From the human T2T-CHM13v2.0 reference genome, Homo sapiens: a DNA stretch of 64,000 bases. Numbering within the stretch: the first letter of the stretch is position 1; every line of letters starts with the position of its first letter. The stretch is taken from assembly GCF_009914755.1 (NCBI RefSeq), contig NC_060925.1; one strand, written 5' to 3'. This document shows, in pieces, positions 13,203 through 27,300 of this stretch. Position numbers and translations under genes: made by a program. The notes under the pieces were generated by a model that was given only the letters and a program-made list of their open reading frames with translations, had not been told where the DNA came from and did not search any database.

Positions 13203-15214
13203 AAAAAGATGAACAGAGTTAAAGGCAACTTTGGGACTATCCAAATTGTGAGGCAACAACTATTCTTATCAATAGAATAACCGTTGGTAGTCCAATATGA
13301 AACCCAATACTGGTGTTGGGGTGTAATTTGTCTGGGTCTTTGTACTATTAATTATGTCCCTGTATGAGCTGCTGGAGGAATCTAATTTCATTTCTGAATG
13401 TGACAATTTTCCTTTGCAAACTAAAATTCAAAGAGAACTGTAATCCTGCTTGTTGCTGTTCATCAAAAGATGACCTTGTAATATTTGAGATAATGATTTT
13501 TAAGGATTATGCATATCTTGGGTTATTCCTAAATGCATATGAAATAACTCAAAATATCCATATAACCCTTGTTTGGTTTGATAGACAGCATATGAAAAAC
13601 CTGTCCTTGAATTATCTAAAAGCCCTCTTTAATTTGTGTAAAATGTGGTCTTGAATAATTTTTTTAAATAAAATAATGCCCCTTAATAGTTATTCAAGAT
13701 GCCCTATGTCTTCACAATAGGTTTTCCTGGGCTCTCACCTGTAAATAAATTTTCCATTCTGTTGTCCTTGGATTTGCCGTGTTAACAAATGTGTGACTTC
13801 TGTAAAAGTGCTGATGTGTGTTTTATGAATGTGTCCCTTGATGCTAATATCAGTACAGTCAATTTGCAGTAATTACTCTGTTGAAGAATTCACCACTAGC
13901 AAAACACAGACACATAGTATATTGTAAAAATACCTCCAGAATGTAACACATGGAATTCTACAGCTTTCTGTTGGTTGAATCACACACGTTAATTGTTCAT
14001 GTAACCGTGGAAAAATCTGGTATAACAAGAATTGTTCACAATACGGGAGTGATTTACACATATTTAGATTTTAAGCTGTACTCAGACTTGTAAATTCTAG
14101 GTCATTGCCAGGAAAATAGGCCTAATGGAATTGTCCTCTGGAGTGAATAGAAATATCTGTTACCAGATGGTTTTGATTTGGAAAATATGATTTGAGAAAT
14201 ACAGCAGCTCTACATTTAATAGAGATGGCCCTTGGCATAAAAAGGTATATATTTGGGAAAAAATCCTCGAAGAATATATACATATACACAAATATATGTA
14301 TATATTCATGAATTTTGGTTTTCAATGCTATATCAGTTTAACATTTTCCAGGTGTTGTGAATATGGTTGGGGACTATATTTGACTAAGGTCAAGTTTGAT
14401 CTTAGTATTTAAGCATATAGAACTTGGGGAGACTTCATTTTCTGATATAAAATACTCATTTTGTTGCTTGTACTTTCAACTTTGAAAGCTCACAGGCCAA
14501 AAACTACATATAGCACAGTTAGGAGAAGGCTGTTGTTAGAATAAACAGGTACAGGTTTTTTTGGATTATCACCATATTCATAGGTTCAGATCAGTTTTCT
14601 CAGCTTTTAAAATCTGTATTACTTTGTATAAAGATATTATGTCTTCCTCTTATGTAAAATTTAGAAAAACAGAAATAACATGACTTAAAGACTGAGGTAA
14701 TGGTAAAAAAATTACATCAAAAGATATATTTCTTGACTTTACCATGGGATATGAGTTTGAGCTTTGGATTTGCTTGCTTGTCACAAGCTTTTGATCCAAG
14801 GAAGTATTGAAGTTTGAGCAGATTATAGATCACTTTCAGTGTTAAGCTTGTTGTAAAAAGAGAAACTGATATTTATGAAAATGGAATGATGACTTTATAT
14901 ATCTCTTGTTTCCGGGGTTAAAAATATCTCTATAGTGATGTTCTAGAAACTATCTAAGATGATCAAGTCAAAGTTAATTTCACAACTTCTTAGAGTCTGG
15001 AAAACATTGAAAATCATTAAGAATGTGGCTCCTTTTTAAATTCAAAATTGGAAATTTCAGCATCATAATAGGAAATTATTGCCTGATTTTAACTTGCAGA
15101 AAATTAAATATGATTTAATGTTCTCCTTGAAAAGATTTAACACAGAAAATGGACAGCTATGTTAGCATAAATTCTCATAATAATAGTGGGTTTTGGACAA
15201 TACTAATAAAAATA

Positions 15215-15495
15215 ATGTCTTAATTGAATACTTGCCATGTGGCCATTGTGCTAAGCATTTTGCATTAGTTTTAAAAGACACAGAACTTTAGCATTTTTGA
15301 ATTTTCTAATTTAATTATCAAAACAACTGAGTAAAGAGTTAACATTATTATCTTCATTTTAGAGTTGAGGCATAGTAAGGTTTAGGAACTGAAGTTTCGA
15401 GAGATTAAGTAACTTGCCCAAGGTCACACACCTAGCAAATAACAGAACCTAAATTTGAACCTAGATTTCTTTGGTTTTTAAGTCTTTAATCTTAA
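15215..15495 (-). mobile_element. MIR
   Basis: gagattaagtaacttgcccaaggtcacac..atttgaacctag core. Confidence 0.7.
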
Positions 15496-16769
15496 TCATA
15501 ACTTCATGATTAAGTTATGATTAAGATTCTATGATGATAGAATATACATCAATCCTATTAAGCAATGTAAGCAATGGTATTGATGTTTGCTCCCTCTGTT
15601 AGTAGAAAAACTTCAAATATCCTAGAAAATTTGCCAAGCTTCTGAAAATTACTTTTTACATGTTAGAGTAATTGAACTTTTCCTCTTGTTTTAATAATGC
15701 ATACACCTCAGCTCTTATCTTGCACATCTAATCAATCATATTTTCCCTTAACAATTTTTACATGGAATGAAATATTTCAATACAGATATATTCTATGTCT
15801 ATAGATAGAACTCTGTGAATAGCGGTTAGATCTGTATCAAGGGAGGCAAATAAGCTGGTGTTTCACACACTGTGCAGAGTTTGAAAGTCAATGTGTGTAG
15901 ATGAAAATGCAGAGAATTCCCCCACAATATTATTTTCTTCATGGAATTTTACCAACAATATTGATCAGAGACCCAGAATTTATGGAGTAACGTCAGTGAA
16001 CATTCTGATAATATTATTTCCAATTAAGTTTATTGACTTGACAGGCCTTCAAAGATATTCCTGGGTTTTAATATTGGCCTCCTTGGCTTAAGAAAACAGT
16101 CTTTATTTTTCCCATACTTGAATGAACACATAGCTGCGTACAATCCCTCATCAACAGATACATCACTACTAATTACAGAAAAAGTTATACTTTTTTTCTT
16201 TTATCAATTGTGAATTTGGTATTGACTCTAAGTCATCAGTTCAGCACTTAACCATAGAATTGAAGAAGAAATATTGTGAAAATCTTTTTGTTTTCTCTCT
16301 AAGCAAAGTGTGAGTAGCATTCAGACTAAAAGCTTTCATGAGAACTCCAGTGGTGTGAGATTAAAAAGAAATGCTTAGTGATTAAAGGGAAAATTTCATG
16401 CAAAATCTTCAGAGCCTTTGTGGTTTTCTGAATATATGTCTAACACCAGCTGATCTTATGTCTTGCTGAGAATCATACTTTAGCAACAAACACATACAAC
16501 AACAACAAATAAAACAAAACCTCTCTCACATTTCTGTTTTTTAAAAAGGCTTGTATGAATTTTGACTTAAATTTTATTCAAGTCAAATGGGCCACAAGTG
16601 TTTTTCCCCAATAATATCCAGAGTAAATTGTATGCCCTTTTTTGCTAGGAGTATGCCTTACCATTGAGTGCTCAACCAAGAGGACAGTAGGGATTAAAAT
16701 CCAGCCCTACTAATGCATAAAGCTCTGTTCCCTGCTCTGTCTGCGTCAGCCTGGGAGAATTCATCCCAG

Positions 16770-18290
16770 CCTGGACATGCATCTGAGTTTGCATGTATCA
16801 ATAGCTTATACTTTGTTTTAATTGCTGAGTGGTATCCCGTGGCATGATGTACCAAACTGTTTAACCATTCATCCATCAACGGCATCTGGGGCACTTCCAG
16901 TATTTGGCTATCACAAATAAATCCACAATGGACATTGTATTAGGTGTTTGTGAGCATGTAAGTTTTCATTTCCTTGATGTGGAAGAATGCAATTGCTGGG
17001 TCTTAGGATCATGTTTTTATAAGAAACTGTCAAATTATTTTCCAGAGTAGGTATAATATTTTACATTCCCATCAGCGTTATATGAGTGATCCAGTTTCTT
17101 CACATTTTTGTCAGCATTTGATATTGTCACTAAGTTTTATTTTAGCCTATCTGATAGATATATAGTGGTAACTATCAGATATTGTATTGTGCTTTAATTT
17201 GCGTTTTCCTAATGGCTGAATGAAGTTAAACATATTTTCATGTGCTTACTTGCCATCTTACATCCACTTCAGTGAAATGTGTTTTTCCTGTCTTTTGCTC
17301 ATTTTCTATCAAGATTTTGTTTACACTGTTTTGAGAGATCTTTATATATTATAGATACTAGTCCACTGTCAGATATATGGTTTACAAATATTTCCTTCCA
17401 GTCTGTGGCTTGTCTTTTTATTCTCTTAACAGGTTCTTTCACTGAAAAAAAGTTGATAATTTTGATGAGGTCCGATTTATTAATTCTTTTCTTTTATAGA
17501 TTGTGCTTTTTGTGTCAAGTCAAATAACCCTTTTCATGGCTCTAGGTCTTAGAGCTTTTCTCTTATTTTTCTCTAAAAGTTTTACACCTCTACATGTTAC
17601 AGTGAGGCACATAATTCATTTTGAGTGAATTTTTGAATAAAATATGAGGTTTAGATTTAGGTTATTTATTTATTTAATTTTTTAGCCAATGAAAGTCCAC
17701 TTGCTTCCTTACCATTTGATGAAAGTCTTTCCTTCTCCATGAAGTTGCTTTTACATCTTTGTGAAAAATTAGTTGGGGCTATTTGTGTGGATTTAGTTGT
17801 GGGTTCTCTATTATGTTCTCAGAATCTATGTGTTTATCCTTCCATCAATATCACCTTACCTTAATTACTATAGCATTATAACAGGTCTTCATATCAGGTA
17901 GAGTGATTCCTACCACTTTATTCTTATTTGTCAAGATTGTTTCAGTTATCCTAGAGCCTGTGCCTTCCTCCATAAATTTTATAATAAGCTTATCTATGTC
18001 TATAAAAAACCTTGGTGAGATTTTGATAAGAGTTGTATTAAACCTATAGATCAACATGGGGAGAATTGAGATTTTTGCTATGTTGAGTCTTCTAACCCAT
18101 GAAATTCTACTTTTTGTCTCCTTTGATTTTTTTAATTAACATTTTGTAATTTTCAGCATACAGATTCTATACATATTTTGTTAAGGCATATCTAAGTATC
18201 TCATTTTATTTGGAGTAATCATAAATGGTACTGTATTTTAATGTCAGTTTCTACATGTTAGTATATAGAAAAATGACTGATTTGGGGGTT
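16770..18290 (-). mobile_element. Old L1M (3' end and ORF2 portion), antisense
   Basis: tttaaccattcatcc, aagaaactgtcaaa, ttttcatgtgcttacttgccatct; minus-strand ORF 17851-18057 (LIYRFNTTLIKI...GITLPD) resembles L1 ORF2. Confidence 0.85.
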
Positions 18291-18604
18291 TGAATGATTT
18301 TTCAAAAAGTTTTCCGAACTCGAAGATTTCTTGCAGTGTTATGTCATAACTATTCATTAGTTAAGTCATTCAACAGATATCTGCTGGGAGACTTCTCTGT
18401 TCCAAGAAGTACTATAGGTGATGGGGACAGTACAATAAAAACAAATAGATAAAGTTCCTGTACTTCGTTCATTCATATTTTAGTAGAGGAACAGGATGAA
18501 AGGGAGCATACAGAGAGAGAAATAAAAAGAGAGACAGAACCAATAAAAAAAGTTTGATGTACCAGATAGTGATTCAAGCCACTGAAAAAAATAGTGCAGA
18601 TTGA

Positions 18605-18735
18605 AGCTATGTTCAATTTACCTTTCAAACTGGGACATTTTTGAGGATGAGAACTGTCAATAACCAAATGACATATAAAATCAAGAGGTGTAATCTTGGA
18701 CTCTCCCCAGCAAACTGAGATATATGATCATCTTA
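18605..18735. mobile_element. MER94-like hAT MITE
   Basis: caaactgggacattttt...ccccagcaaactgagatatatgatcatctta pattern. Confidence 0.5.
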
Positions 18736-18744
18736 CTTAAGGTC

Positions 18745-19030
18745 ATGTTAAGTGCTCATTGGAGTTGGGGGTTGCTACTGCCGATGTCCTCCAAGCAAGT
18801 CCACTGTAAACAAACTTGTAGTTGAACAAAGTTGAGTTTATTAGCTCCCGGCATCATTACACTATGGGGAACTGTGGGATGTCACAGTAATAGGTTGTTA
18901 ACAGGGGCTTATTATTGGATTTGAGCTTGTATGAGGTGATTTGGGGGATGTTTCAAGGAAGTGTGGTTTTGATCTTGATTCAGTACTGTCAGAGAGTCAA
19001 AGCAATTCTATGGTTGCCTTAATAACCTTT
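18745..19030 (-). mobile_element. ERV LTR fragment (MER90/MER110-like)
   Basis: gagtttatt...ctatggggaactgtgggatgtc...gatttgagcttgt..ggtgatttggggga motif string. Confidence 0.4.
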
Positions 19031-19039
19031 TGAAAGCTT

Positions 19040-19206
19040 ATTTATTTTTATTTTGTAGACAGGGCCTTGTTGCCCATGCTGGAGGATAGTGGCCATTCAC
19101 AGGTGCAATCATTTTATACCGCCACCTCGAAATCCTAGATTCAAGCAATCCTCCTCCTTCAGCCTCCTGAGTAGCTGGGATTACAGATGTGCACCACCAT
19201 GCATGG
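19040..19206 (-). mobile_element. FAM (fossil Alu monomer)
   Basis: Monomer retaining 7SL-like gtggccattcacaggtgcaatc. Confidence 0.75.
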
Positions 19207-19559
19207 ATCTTAATATTAATAATTTTATGTGGAAGATGGAAGGAACAAAGTGTACTGAAGCTAAAATTGATAAAGATAAAGCAGTCACTCATATTAGCAG
19301 GAACAAGGAAAATATTTGAGGGTTTCATTAATTTTTCTCTGCTCAGACACAATTACAGAGCTGTCTTGTTTTTGTCTTGATCCATCATATTACAGAGTAA
19401 ATTTGTCAGATGTGGGTGTACTATAAAATTGTTTATATTCAAAAGGGGAATGCCATACCTAGCCATTAGAGCCAGGGCAGCTCCAAGCTGACAGTAGCCA
19501 GGAGCTGCTTTTTCTTTCTTATTACTGTCTATAAAGTAATTGATGACAGCCCTTATGAC

Positions 19560-20470
19560 AAGAGGATGCTTGACCAGAAACCTGGAGGACATGAAAGAGT
19601 GAGTTCTGGGATATCTGGGGCACAACATTCAGGCTTGGGAAGCAGCAGATGCAAGGTTCTGAAATGGGAATGTAGCATGTTTGGGAATAAAAGAAGATCC
19701 GTATATGGCTAGAGTGAAGTGTGTGGCATGGGAGGGTTAGAAAATCATGTCAAGAAAGTAGTAGTTGCCCAGCTCAGGGGGGATCTTGCAGGTGATTAGA
19801 ACAGTTTATACTTTAATTTGAGGTGAGATAAGAAAATTTTGGATTGTTTTGAATAGATTTGGTAATATAAAAACAAGATATTATTTTAAGTAAAGAATAT
19901 GCTCACCTGCAAACAGATAACATTTATTATTATTTCTAACATTCAGTAATTTATTCATCCAGCAAACATTTATTAAGTACCTACTATGTGCCAGGTGGCT
20001 GCTCTAGCCCATGGGTGATATTGCAGTGAATAATATGGATATGATATTTCCTGTCATGGAGCTTACATTATAGCAGGTGAGACAGGTGAAAAATGAACAA
20101 GTAATATAATTTCAAATAGAGATGATGAATGTAATCACACCGAAAATTAACACAGGGTGAAACCGGTGAAACTAGAGAATCATGGATGGGGGCAGGTTGG
20201 TTCTAGGTGGTGGTAGAGTGAGCATTTCTCAATGTAGCAAGAAGCCATTAGAAGTTTTTAAGAAGAGAAATGACATAACTTGATTGCAGTTTTAAAAATA
20301 TCACACTGCCTATAGAGCAGAGGATGGACTGATGGAATGCAATGGAAAAGGACTGTAGTGGTCCAAGTGAGAGAAGCTGTGGCTTAGATCTAGGTCACAT
20401 GATGGATTTTGTGGGAGAGATTCAGATTCAGGATAAACATTGGAATTTCAGCTTTCAAGACTTGCTATTA
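19560..20470. mobile_element. L2 fragments
   Basis: cattcatccagcaaacatttattaagtacctactatgtgccagg; gaagccattagaagttttaag; gtggtccaagtgagag. Confidence 0.7.
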
Positions 20471-20474
20471 GATT

Positions 20475-20680
20475 CAGTGGTTCTCAACAGGGGGTGATTT
20501 TCAACCCCAGTGGATATCTGAAAATGTATGCTCACATTTTTTGGTGATAACTGTGGAGGTGCTACTAGCATACAGAGGCCAGAGATGCTGCTAAATATCC
20601 TGAAATGAACAGGACAGCCCTCTACAACAGGAATTGTTAGCCCCCTAAAATGTCAGCAGTGCCAAGGTTGAGAAACCTTG
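20475..20680. mobile_element. MER20 (hAT-Charlie)
   Basis: cagtggttctcaac...gaggccagagatgctgctaaa...gtgccaaggttgagaaacc. Confidence 0.85.
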
Positions 20681-21696
20681 GATTAGAAGTCATGGGAAAG
20701 GATTGTAGATTCCTAGGTTTGGGACATCAGCAATGAGAGAATAGTATTTATTAGTCATTTATTTTTGTGATGAGGAAGAATGGAGGAGGAACAGTTTTGC
20801 ATCATGACTATTGGGTAGAATTAAGTAGCATATGATAGATGAGCATAATTGTGGATATTTCTCTTGAGTTTTTGCCAGAGTACCAGATTCCTCTTTTTTT
20901 CTTTTCTATAAACAGTAGTTATGTCAAAGTTGGATGGTTGGATGCAGGAGATGAGCAATAAGTTACTCATTTTCTCCAAAGTCAGAGGATGCAAACTTCT
21001 CATGTTCTCACCTGCAGGTTTTTTTGGTTTCTTTTCTTTTCTTTTTTTAAAAAATAAATTTAATTTAATTTTAAGTTCCAGGATATATGTGCAGGACGTG
21101 CAGGTTAGTTCAGCCATTTAACGATGAGTCCGTGGCTTCCATTTGTAAAATGCAGGCAAGGTGAACAAGTCCATGGAAAGACATGAAAACCAAACTCTCA
21201 GAAGGGAATGCTACATGTCTTTCTTATCCCAGGAAATTCTGCTGGGATAAGAGTGACAGTGACTGATGCATCTTCCCTAGGTATTCTGGGTGGTGGGCAG
21301 GGAGATAGCAGAAATCAATCAGTCAACTGACAAATGTTTGAGGCTCTGGCGTGGGCTAGGACCCGGGTTTAGCCATTGGGAACTTTGTTGACTAAGCAGT
21401 AAATGAACAAATGAACAGACAAGTAGGTGATAAGAGATAAAGTGGACAAGGCAAATTAAAACAAATGGTGGAAGATGTTAAATGTACAAGATATTGAATG
21501 TTTTTCTGAACAGAGAATTCCTCTGGAAAAGTGATATTTCTATGCTTGAACTCAAATCACAATTGCAACCAGGAAATTCTAGCAAATGAAAAATTGATAA
21601 ATAAATGAATGCTTCCTCTCTTTTGCATTGTGTTTCTAGCTTACAAAGGTAGAGCAAAAGCCTTAGATAGATATTCTTGAACTCAGTACAATCCCT

Positions 21697-21944
21697 GGCC
21701 GAGGCAGGCAGATCACTTAAGGCCAGGAGTTCGAGACCAGCCTGGCCAACATGGCAAAACCCTGTCTCTACTAAAAATACAAAAGTTAGCCGGGCATAGT
21801 GATGCATGCCTGTAATCCCAGCTACTCGGGAGGCTGAGGCAGGAGAACCTCTGGAGGCCGGGAGGCGGAGGTTGCAGTGAGCCAAGACAGCACCCCTGCA
21901 CTCCGGCCTGGGCGACAGAGCAAGACTCCATCTCAAAAAAACAA
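21697..21944 (+). mobile_element. 5'-truncated AluS with TSD
   Basis: Starts at ggccgaggcaggcagatcac; TSD agtacaa(t/c)ccct. Confidence 0.9.
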
Positions 21945-23991
21945 AGTACAACCCCTGACTGTTGTGCTTTGAGTGTATTGAGGAGTTTAAAGCTGTGAGT
22001 TTTCTCAGTTAATCAAAATCAGTTTTCACCTTAAATAAATGATAGCACAGACAGCATAAGATACAAGTCTGTAATTTTTGAGCTGCAGCTATATTATTCG
22101 AGCTGTGCTATTTCTCTAGGTATTAATTCATGATTAAAGAAACCTATGATTGCCGATATTTCCCTTAATGCAGAATTGTCAATGTCATGTTCTTTGGTGG
22201 AGAGGAATTTGGTAGGTAGAAGACTGTCAAAGGGAGTTTTGAGTCTTTCTCCACCAAGTCTGAAAGAGTTACTTACACACAGCTCCTTTTAAATGTTAGC
22301 TCTGATTGCAGAAACCCCCAGGCCAATTTGGAAAACTGGTGAGAGTTTTTCAAAGGCTGCTTTGTCTTCAGGACCATCCCTGCACCAGGAACACGTAATT
22401 CATCACATGAGTATAAAAGGTGCCACATTCTGTTCAGTGTATAGGGAACTTAGCTTCCTCACACATATACCAGATGCATGTTTGAGATTTTCGATTCTCC
22501 GGTAGGCTGCACTGCACACCCACCGCTGTTCTACCGAGCTTTGCTGGGGACAGGAAAGCACCAACCGTGAGTTACTGTGCAGAGGGAAAAGTTTGCAAGT
22601 TCTGTGTCAAGGTAGCCAGGGTGTCTTTTTCTATGAATAACAAGTGATAATGCAAACCATGTAAATCTGTGGAGACAATGAAAATATGACCTGAATGGAG
22701 ACGTGTTTTGAATTATAAGGGGGGAATTTTTAGCCTTTTTCCACACAAACCAATCAAGGCTTGCTCAAAAAGACTCTTCTCAGTGCATGTGTACTTTAAA
22801 TTGTTTTTCATTTTTTCTAATGTATTCTTCCCACAAGGTTTGTTTCTACTTGTCTTTACCAAATACTATGAATGTTCATGTAACCATATCATTAAATCAC
22901 TAATTTGAACCTTGAGCACACAACTCAAGTGTTAAATCACTAATTTGAATAATGAACATAGAATTAAAATTCTGTGGTAATTGGATCAGATGGATTGCTT
23001 ATTTAGGCACATTATATGAATATCATAACTTATTATTAAATCTAAAATACATGGAAACTGTGAAAGTTTTGACCTTGAATAACTAGTTTGTGTTATTTTA
23101 AAAGTATCTATGGTACTTTGTCTCTTAAAATATACCACCAGTATACCTGGGTACACCTCAAAGAAAGACTTAAGATTTATCACTCTTTGAGTCTGTTCAT
23201 GGCACCTTTACACGAGTGTCTTTTATGTCCCAATCACTGTTTGCAATTAGAAATTCTCAGTACATGCTCAGAATGTGTTCCCATTTCACAGAGGATATGA
23301 CACATATCAGTTATTCATGAATACAAAGTAAGCTATGAAAAAGAACTAAAAAAGGAATGTTGCACTGCTCATTGGTTTTAAACAAGATGCAATACAGCAT
23401 CCCCACAGAACTGCTTCTGTAGCTTCAAGTACATTTACATTCTCAGGAGCTCATGTAGGTAACAAAGGAAAGGAACCTGCTTTTCTAGTTACTGGTTGAA
23501 GAGCTTTCATTTTATTATGAGGAAGTAAAATAGGCCCCAGGATGCCCTTTACAGCTTCCTATATTCTTTAAGGTCTCACTTTTCTCCACTTGAATAAAGA
23601 GAAAGTTTTCTAGTCTTTCTTCTTTCCATGCTTTCCTCCCACCCTCCATTCATGGCAGTTCAAACGCTTTGCTTCCTGGTTGGATTTCTGTATCTGGTAG
23701 GAATGTTTGTTAGGTCTAGCAGAGGAATGCTTGGCACCTGCCATTGACCTTTTGATGTACTTGAGAAATGGCTACAACCAATGAACGTGGAAATTTAAAT
23801 TCAGTGATTATACATGGCATTGTCCTTGATGGATTCTTCCCTTGTGGCACAGAAAACTCCTGGAGATTTCTCTTTTATGTACAATGGCTTGTGGGCTGCA
23901 AATCCTAAAGTCAAAGTTAGGCTTTAAAAATTTAAAGCCTAAGGTCACCTCAAAGATAAATTCATCTGCGTTTCATTTTTAAAAATATGTC

Positions 23992-24292
<301 letters not shown>

Positions 24293-24397
24293 AGGAAAGA
24301 AATTCATATTACCTGAAGGGGTGGCTTATAATGACACTAAAAATAAAAGAAAACTAGAGGCATAAGATTATCAAGAGTACCTTGTTGTATACATAAA

Positions 24398-24495
24398 CTG
24401 GGAGATGGAGGTTGCAGGGAGCCAAGATTGTACCACTATACTCCAGGCAACAGAGTGAGACTCAGTCTCAAAAAAAAAAAAAAAAAAAAAAAAGA
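24398..24495 (+). mobile_element. Alu 3' fragment
   Basis: ggaggttgcagggagccaagatt...gtctcaaaaaa. Confidence 0.8.
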
Positions 24496-24586
24496 AGAAG
24501 AAGGAGAGAAATGAGTTAATACAATAATGCCATAGTCATGTAAATGTTTTAATGTATAAAAGATTTGTAAAGGATTGTATCCACTC

Positions 24587-24726
24587 TTTTTTTTTTTTTT
24601 TTTTTTTGGTAGTGATGGGGTCTCCTTATGTTGCCCAGACTGGTTTTGCACTCCTGGACTCAAATGATCCTCCTGCCTCAGCCTTCTGAAGTGTTGGGAT
24701 TACAGGCATGAGCCATCACATCCAGT
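24587..24726 (-). mobile_element. FLAM_C / Alu left monomer with TSD atccactct
   Basis: poly-T, ggggtctccttatgttgccca...gggattacaggcatgagcca. Confidence 0.85.
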
Positions 24727-26389
24727 CATCCACTCTATTTTCGAGGCAGGATGTACATGGGGTAAAAAGTTCAGTCAGGCTGCAGAGACCACAGAACCAC
24801 ATTCAAATCCTGCTTACTATCCCAGAAGCTGAACTGCTTTATAGATAGAATAGGAATATATGAGTAATTATCTAAAATGTTTACTATCATAGAAACTAAA
24901 CTGCTTTATAGGTAGAATAGGAATAATATGAGTATTTATCTAAAATGTTTATTTAAGAACTACATGTAAATGACTTAACATCTATCTAGCTAAGAGTGAG
25001 TTTGTGTAAGTTTATTACTTTGCCTTTTCATTCTTTTTTAAATGTATACACTGCTACTCCTTTCCTAAACCTGCCCCTAGCCATTTCCTAGCTATATTCA
25101 TTGTGTTGCCTATTACCCCAAAGTTGGATTAAGCCCATGCTTGGGACAATAGCAAACCAGAGGTACAAGTATTTTTTTTTTTTTTTTGGAGTGAAGTTGA
25201 GATATGCATATTTAAGCATAAAAGAGTTATAGGATAATCATATTTTTTTAAAAAAGATGCAAAATGATCTTTTAAGTGCTTATAACCCTGGTTAGGCATA
25301 CAACAAATGTCCCATAAATGCAGAGGAACTGAACTGGAGGTCAGGGTAGAAGGAGCAGGGCAGAAGGAGTAGAGTCTCTGCAAACAGCATGGCTTTGGGT
25401 GTGACAGCTGAGGCAGGACCCACATGGGTGACAGTGAAATATATGGTTTCTGCCTCAATCTGTATCTGTACATTAGGAACAGTGATTTTGTGGAGTGGAA
25501 GCTACAGTGACCTGCTTTTATGTTGACTCCACCACTGAAGTTCTTTCTGCTTGAATAGTCTATAGCTTCTATTTTCTGTTTATAATAATAGAAAATTCCA
25601 TATTAACAATGGCAAGATGGAAGAAACAAAGGTAAGAGAAGAAAGCTTGGGGGCTGCATCAGGGAGAGAAAGGGCAGTGCAGGAAGGAGAAGGGTGCTGT
25701 ACAGCAGTGGAGGATAGGATGAGAACACTGCCTTCAGAGTCAGACAGACCTGTTTGCACATTTTGGCTTTGCTCCCTGGCCTGGCAACTTTGGGCAAGCT
25801 GCTTCATCTCACCAAGCCCAAAGGGGGTTAATCATATCTTCCTTACAGGGAAGCTGCAAGAAATAATTCAGACAATAAATGTGTACCAGTTTAGTGCTCA
25901 GTGAATAGTAGTGACAATGAGGGTGATGGTGAGGGGGATGCTGACAATATGATGGTGAGGATGATGAAGGGCAAAAGTGAGAATAATAAAGAGATGGAGA
26001 AGCAGCCCCAGGAATAGGGAGTGGGAAAGTAGACTATGAGGAATGAAAAGGGAAAAGGAGAACATGAGAAATTTGTTTTTGAATGCTAGTGGACCTGATT
26101 GAAGCTTTGCCTCAAGCTCTCTTCTAGGATACCATCTCTCTGTCCTTCTCACAGCCATGCCCCTTCACTAGATAGATACTTGCAATTCACTGGTTGGCAG
26201 AGGTCCTCACTCCTCATGTTTGTGACTTTTTCCCTCTTCCTTTTTTCCTTTTAGGGGATACAGGATTGCACCTTGCACTTCTGTCTTTTAGCAGCAGGAG
26301 CTGAGAGTTAATTGAAGACAGAATGCAGGACCATTAGTTATGCAGATTGGAGTTGGATATATGCTTTTTCTCCTCTATATATCTTTTCA

Positions 26390-27300
26390 GAGAATTCGTG
26401 ATTCCTCTTTCTCTCACCCATCAATAATTCTAAATCCTGTTACTTTTACTTCCAAAGTATGCACTAAACTTATCCACTACCTGTTTCTACTACCTCACTA
26501 CCACAAGGATTTCTATAACGACCTTTGTTTCCATTTTTGCCTCCTTCAATCTTTCTTCAAAGATAAAGTAATCCCCCACTTCCAATTAAACCTTTGCAGT
26601 GGCTTCCCATTGTACTATGTTTAAAATCCAAACCCTTTCTCCTTGTTTACAAAGCCCTACATAATCGCCCCCCTGACCTTTCCAATTTCATTCCACTTTT
26701 CTCCTTGCAATCTACCCTGGAGCCACAGTGAAGATGTTTTTCTCTATGTTTCTTGAACTTGCCAAGTGTTGTTCTTTTCCCCTTTAGGGCCTTTTGAATG
26801 CCTGTTTCTTTTCTTTCTTATCTTCATAGCCAGACTCCTTCTTGTCATCCTGATTTTAGCTTAGAAGTCACTCTCTGAGGGGCTTTAGATGACCTCTCCA
26901 TGTGAAAGTCACTCAGTCTTTTGAGTCACAGTCCACTATTTTGTTTCTTTACATGAGCTCTTCTCACTTGTTTTTCTGTTGTGTGTGAGTGTATGTATGT
27001 ATGTGTGTGTGTATGCACATATACATGTGTATATATATATACACACATACATATATATATTCGTGTATATATATACACACACATACATATATATATTCGT
27101 GTATATATATACACACACATATATATATATACACACACACATACATATTTATTTCCCCCTGTCCCTAGAATTTTAGCTCCAGGAGAGCAGAGGCCTTGCC
27201 CATCTAGTTCACAGAATCTTTCCCTAGTGCCAAGAGATGTGTGCAGCATATAATCTGAACCTAATTATTACTTTAGTGAACGCTGCTGAATTAATGATTT
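26390..27300. mobile_element. L2 (interrupted by a simple repeat)
   Basis: cagtggcttcccatt...aaaatccaaa..caaagccctacat; ccctagtgcc. Confidence 0.65.
26980..27147 (+). repeat. Compound (TG)/(TA)/(CA) repeat with a ~36-bp higher-order unit
   Basis: gtgtatatatatacacacacatacatatatatattc recurs in tandem. Confidence 0.92.

Noticed and set aside
21478-21951. 157-aa ORF and similar ORFs at 12973-13228, 35559-35840 and 38161-38474
   Set aside because: Antisense Alu translations ([10 protein letters not shown]... signature)
26926-27253. Overlapping ORFs rich in YI/CV/HT, and a CRISPR-like 36-bp periodicity
   Set aside because: Dinucleotide-repeat artefact; tandem units without unique spacers, in eukaryotic DNA
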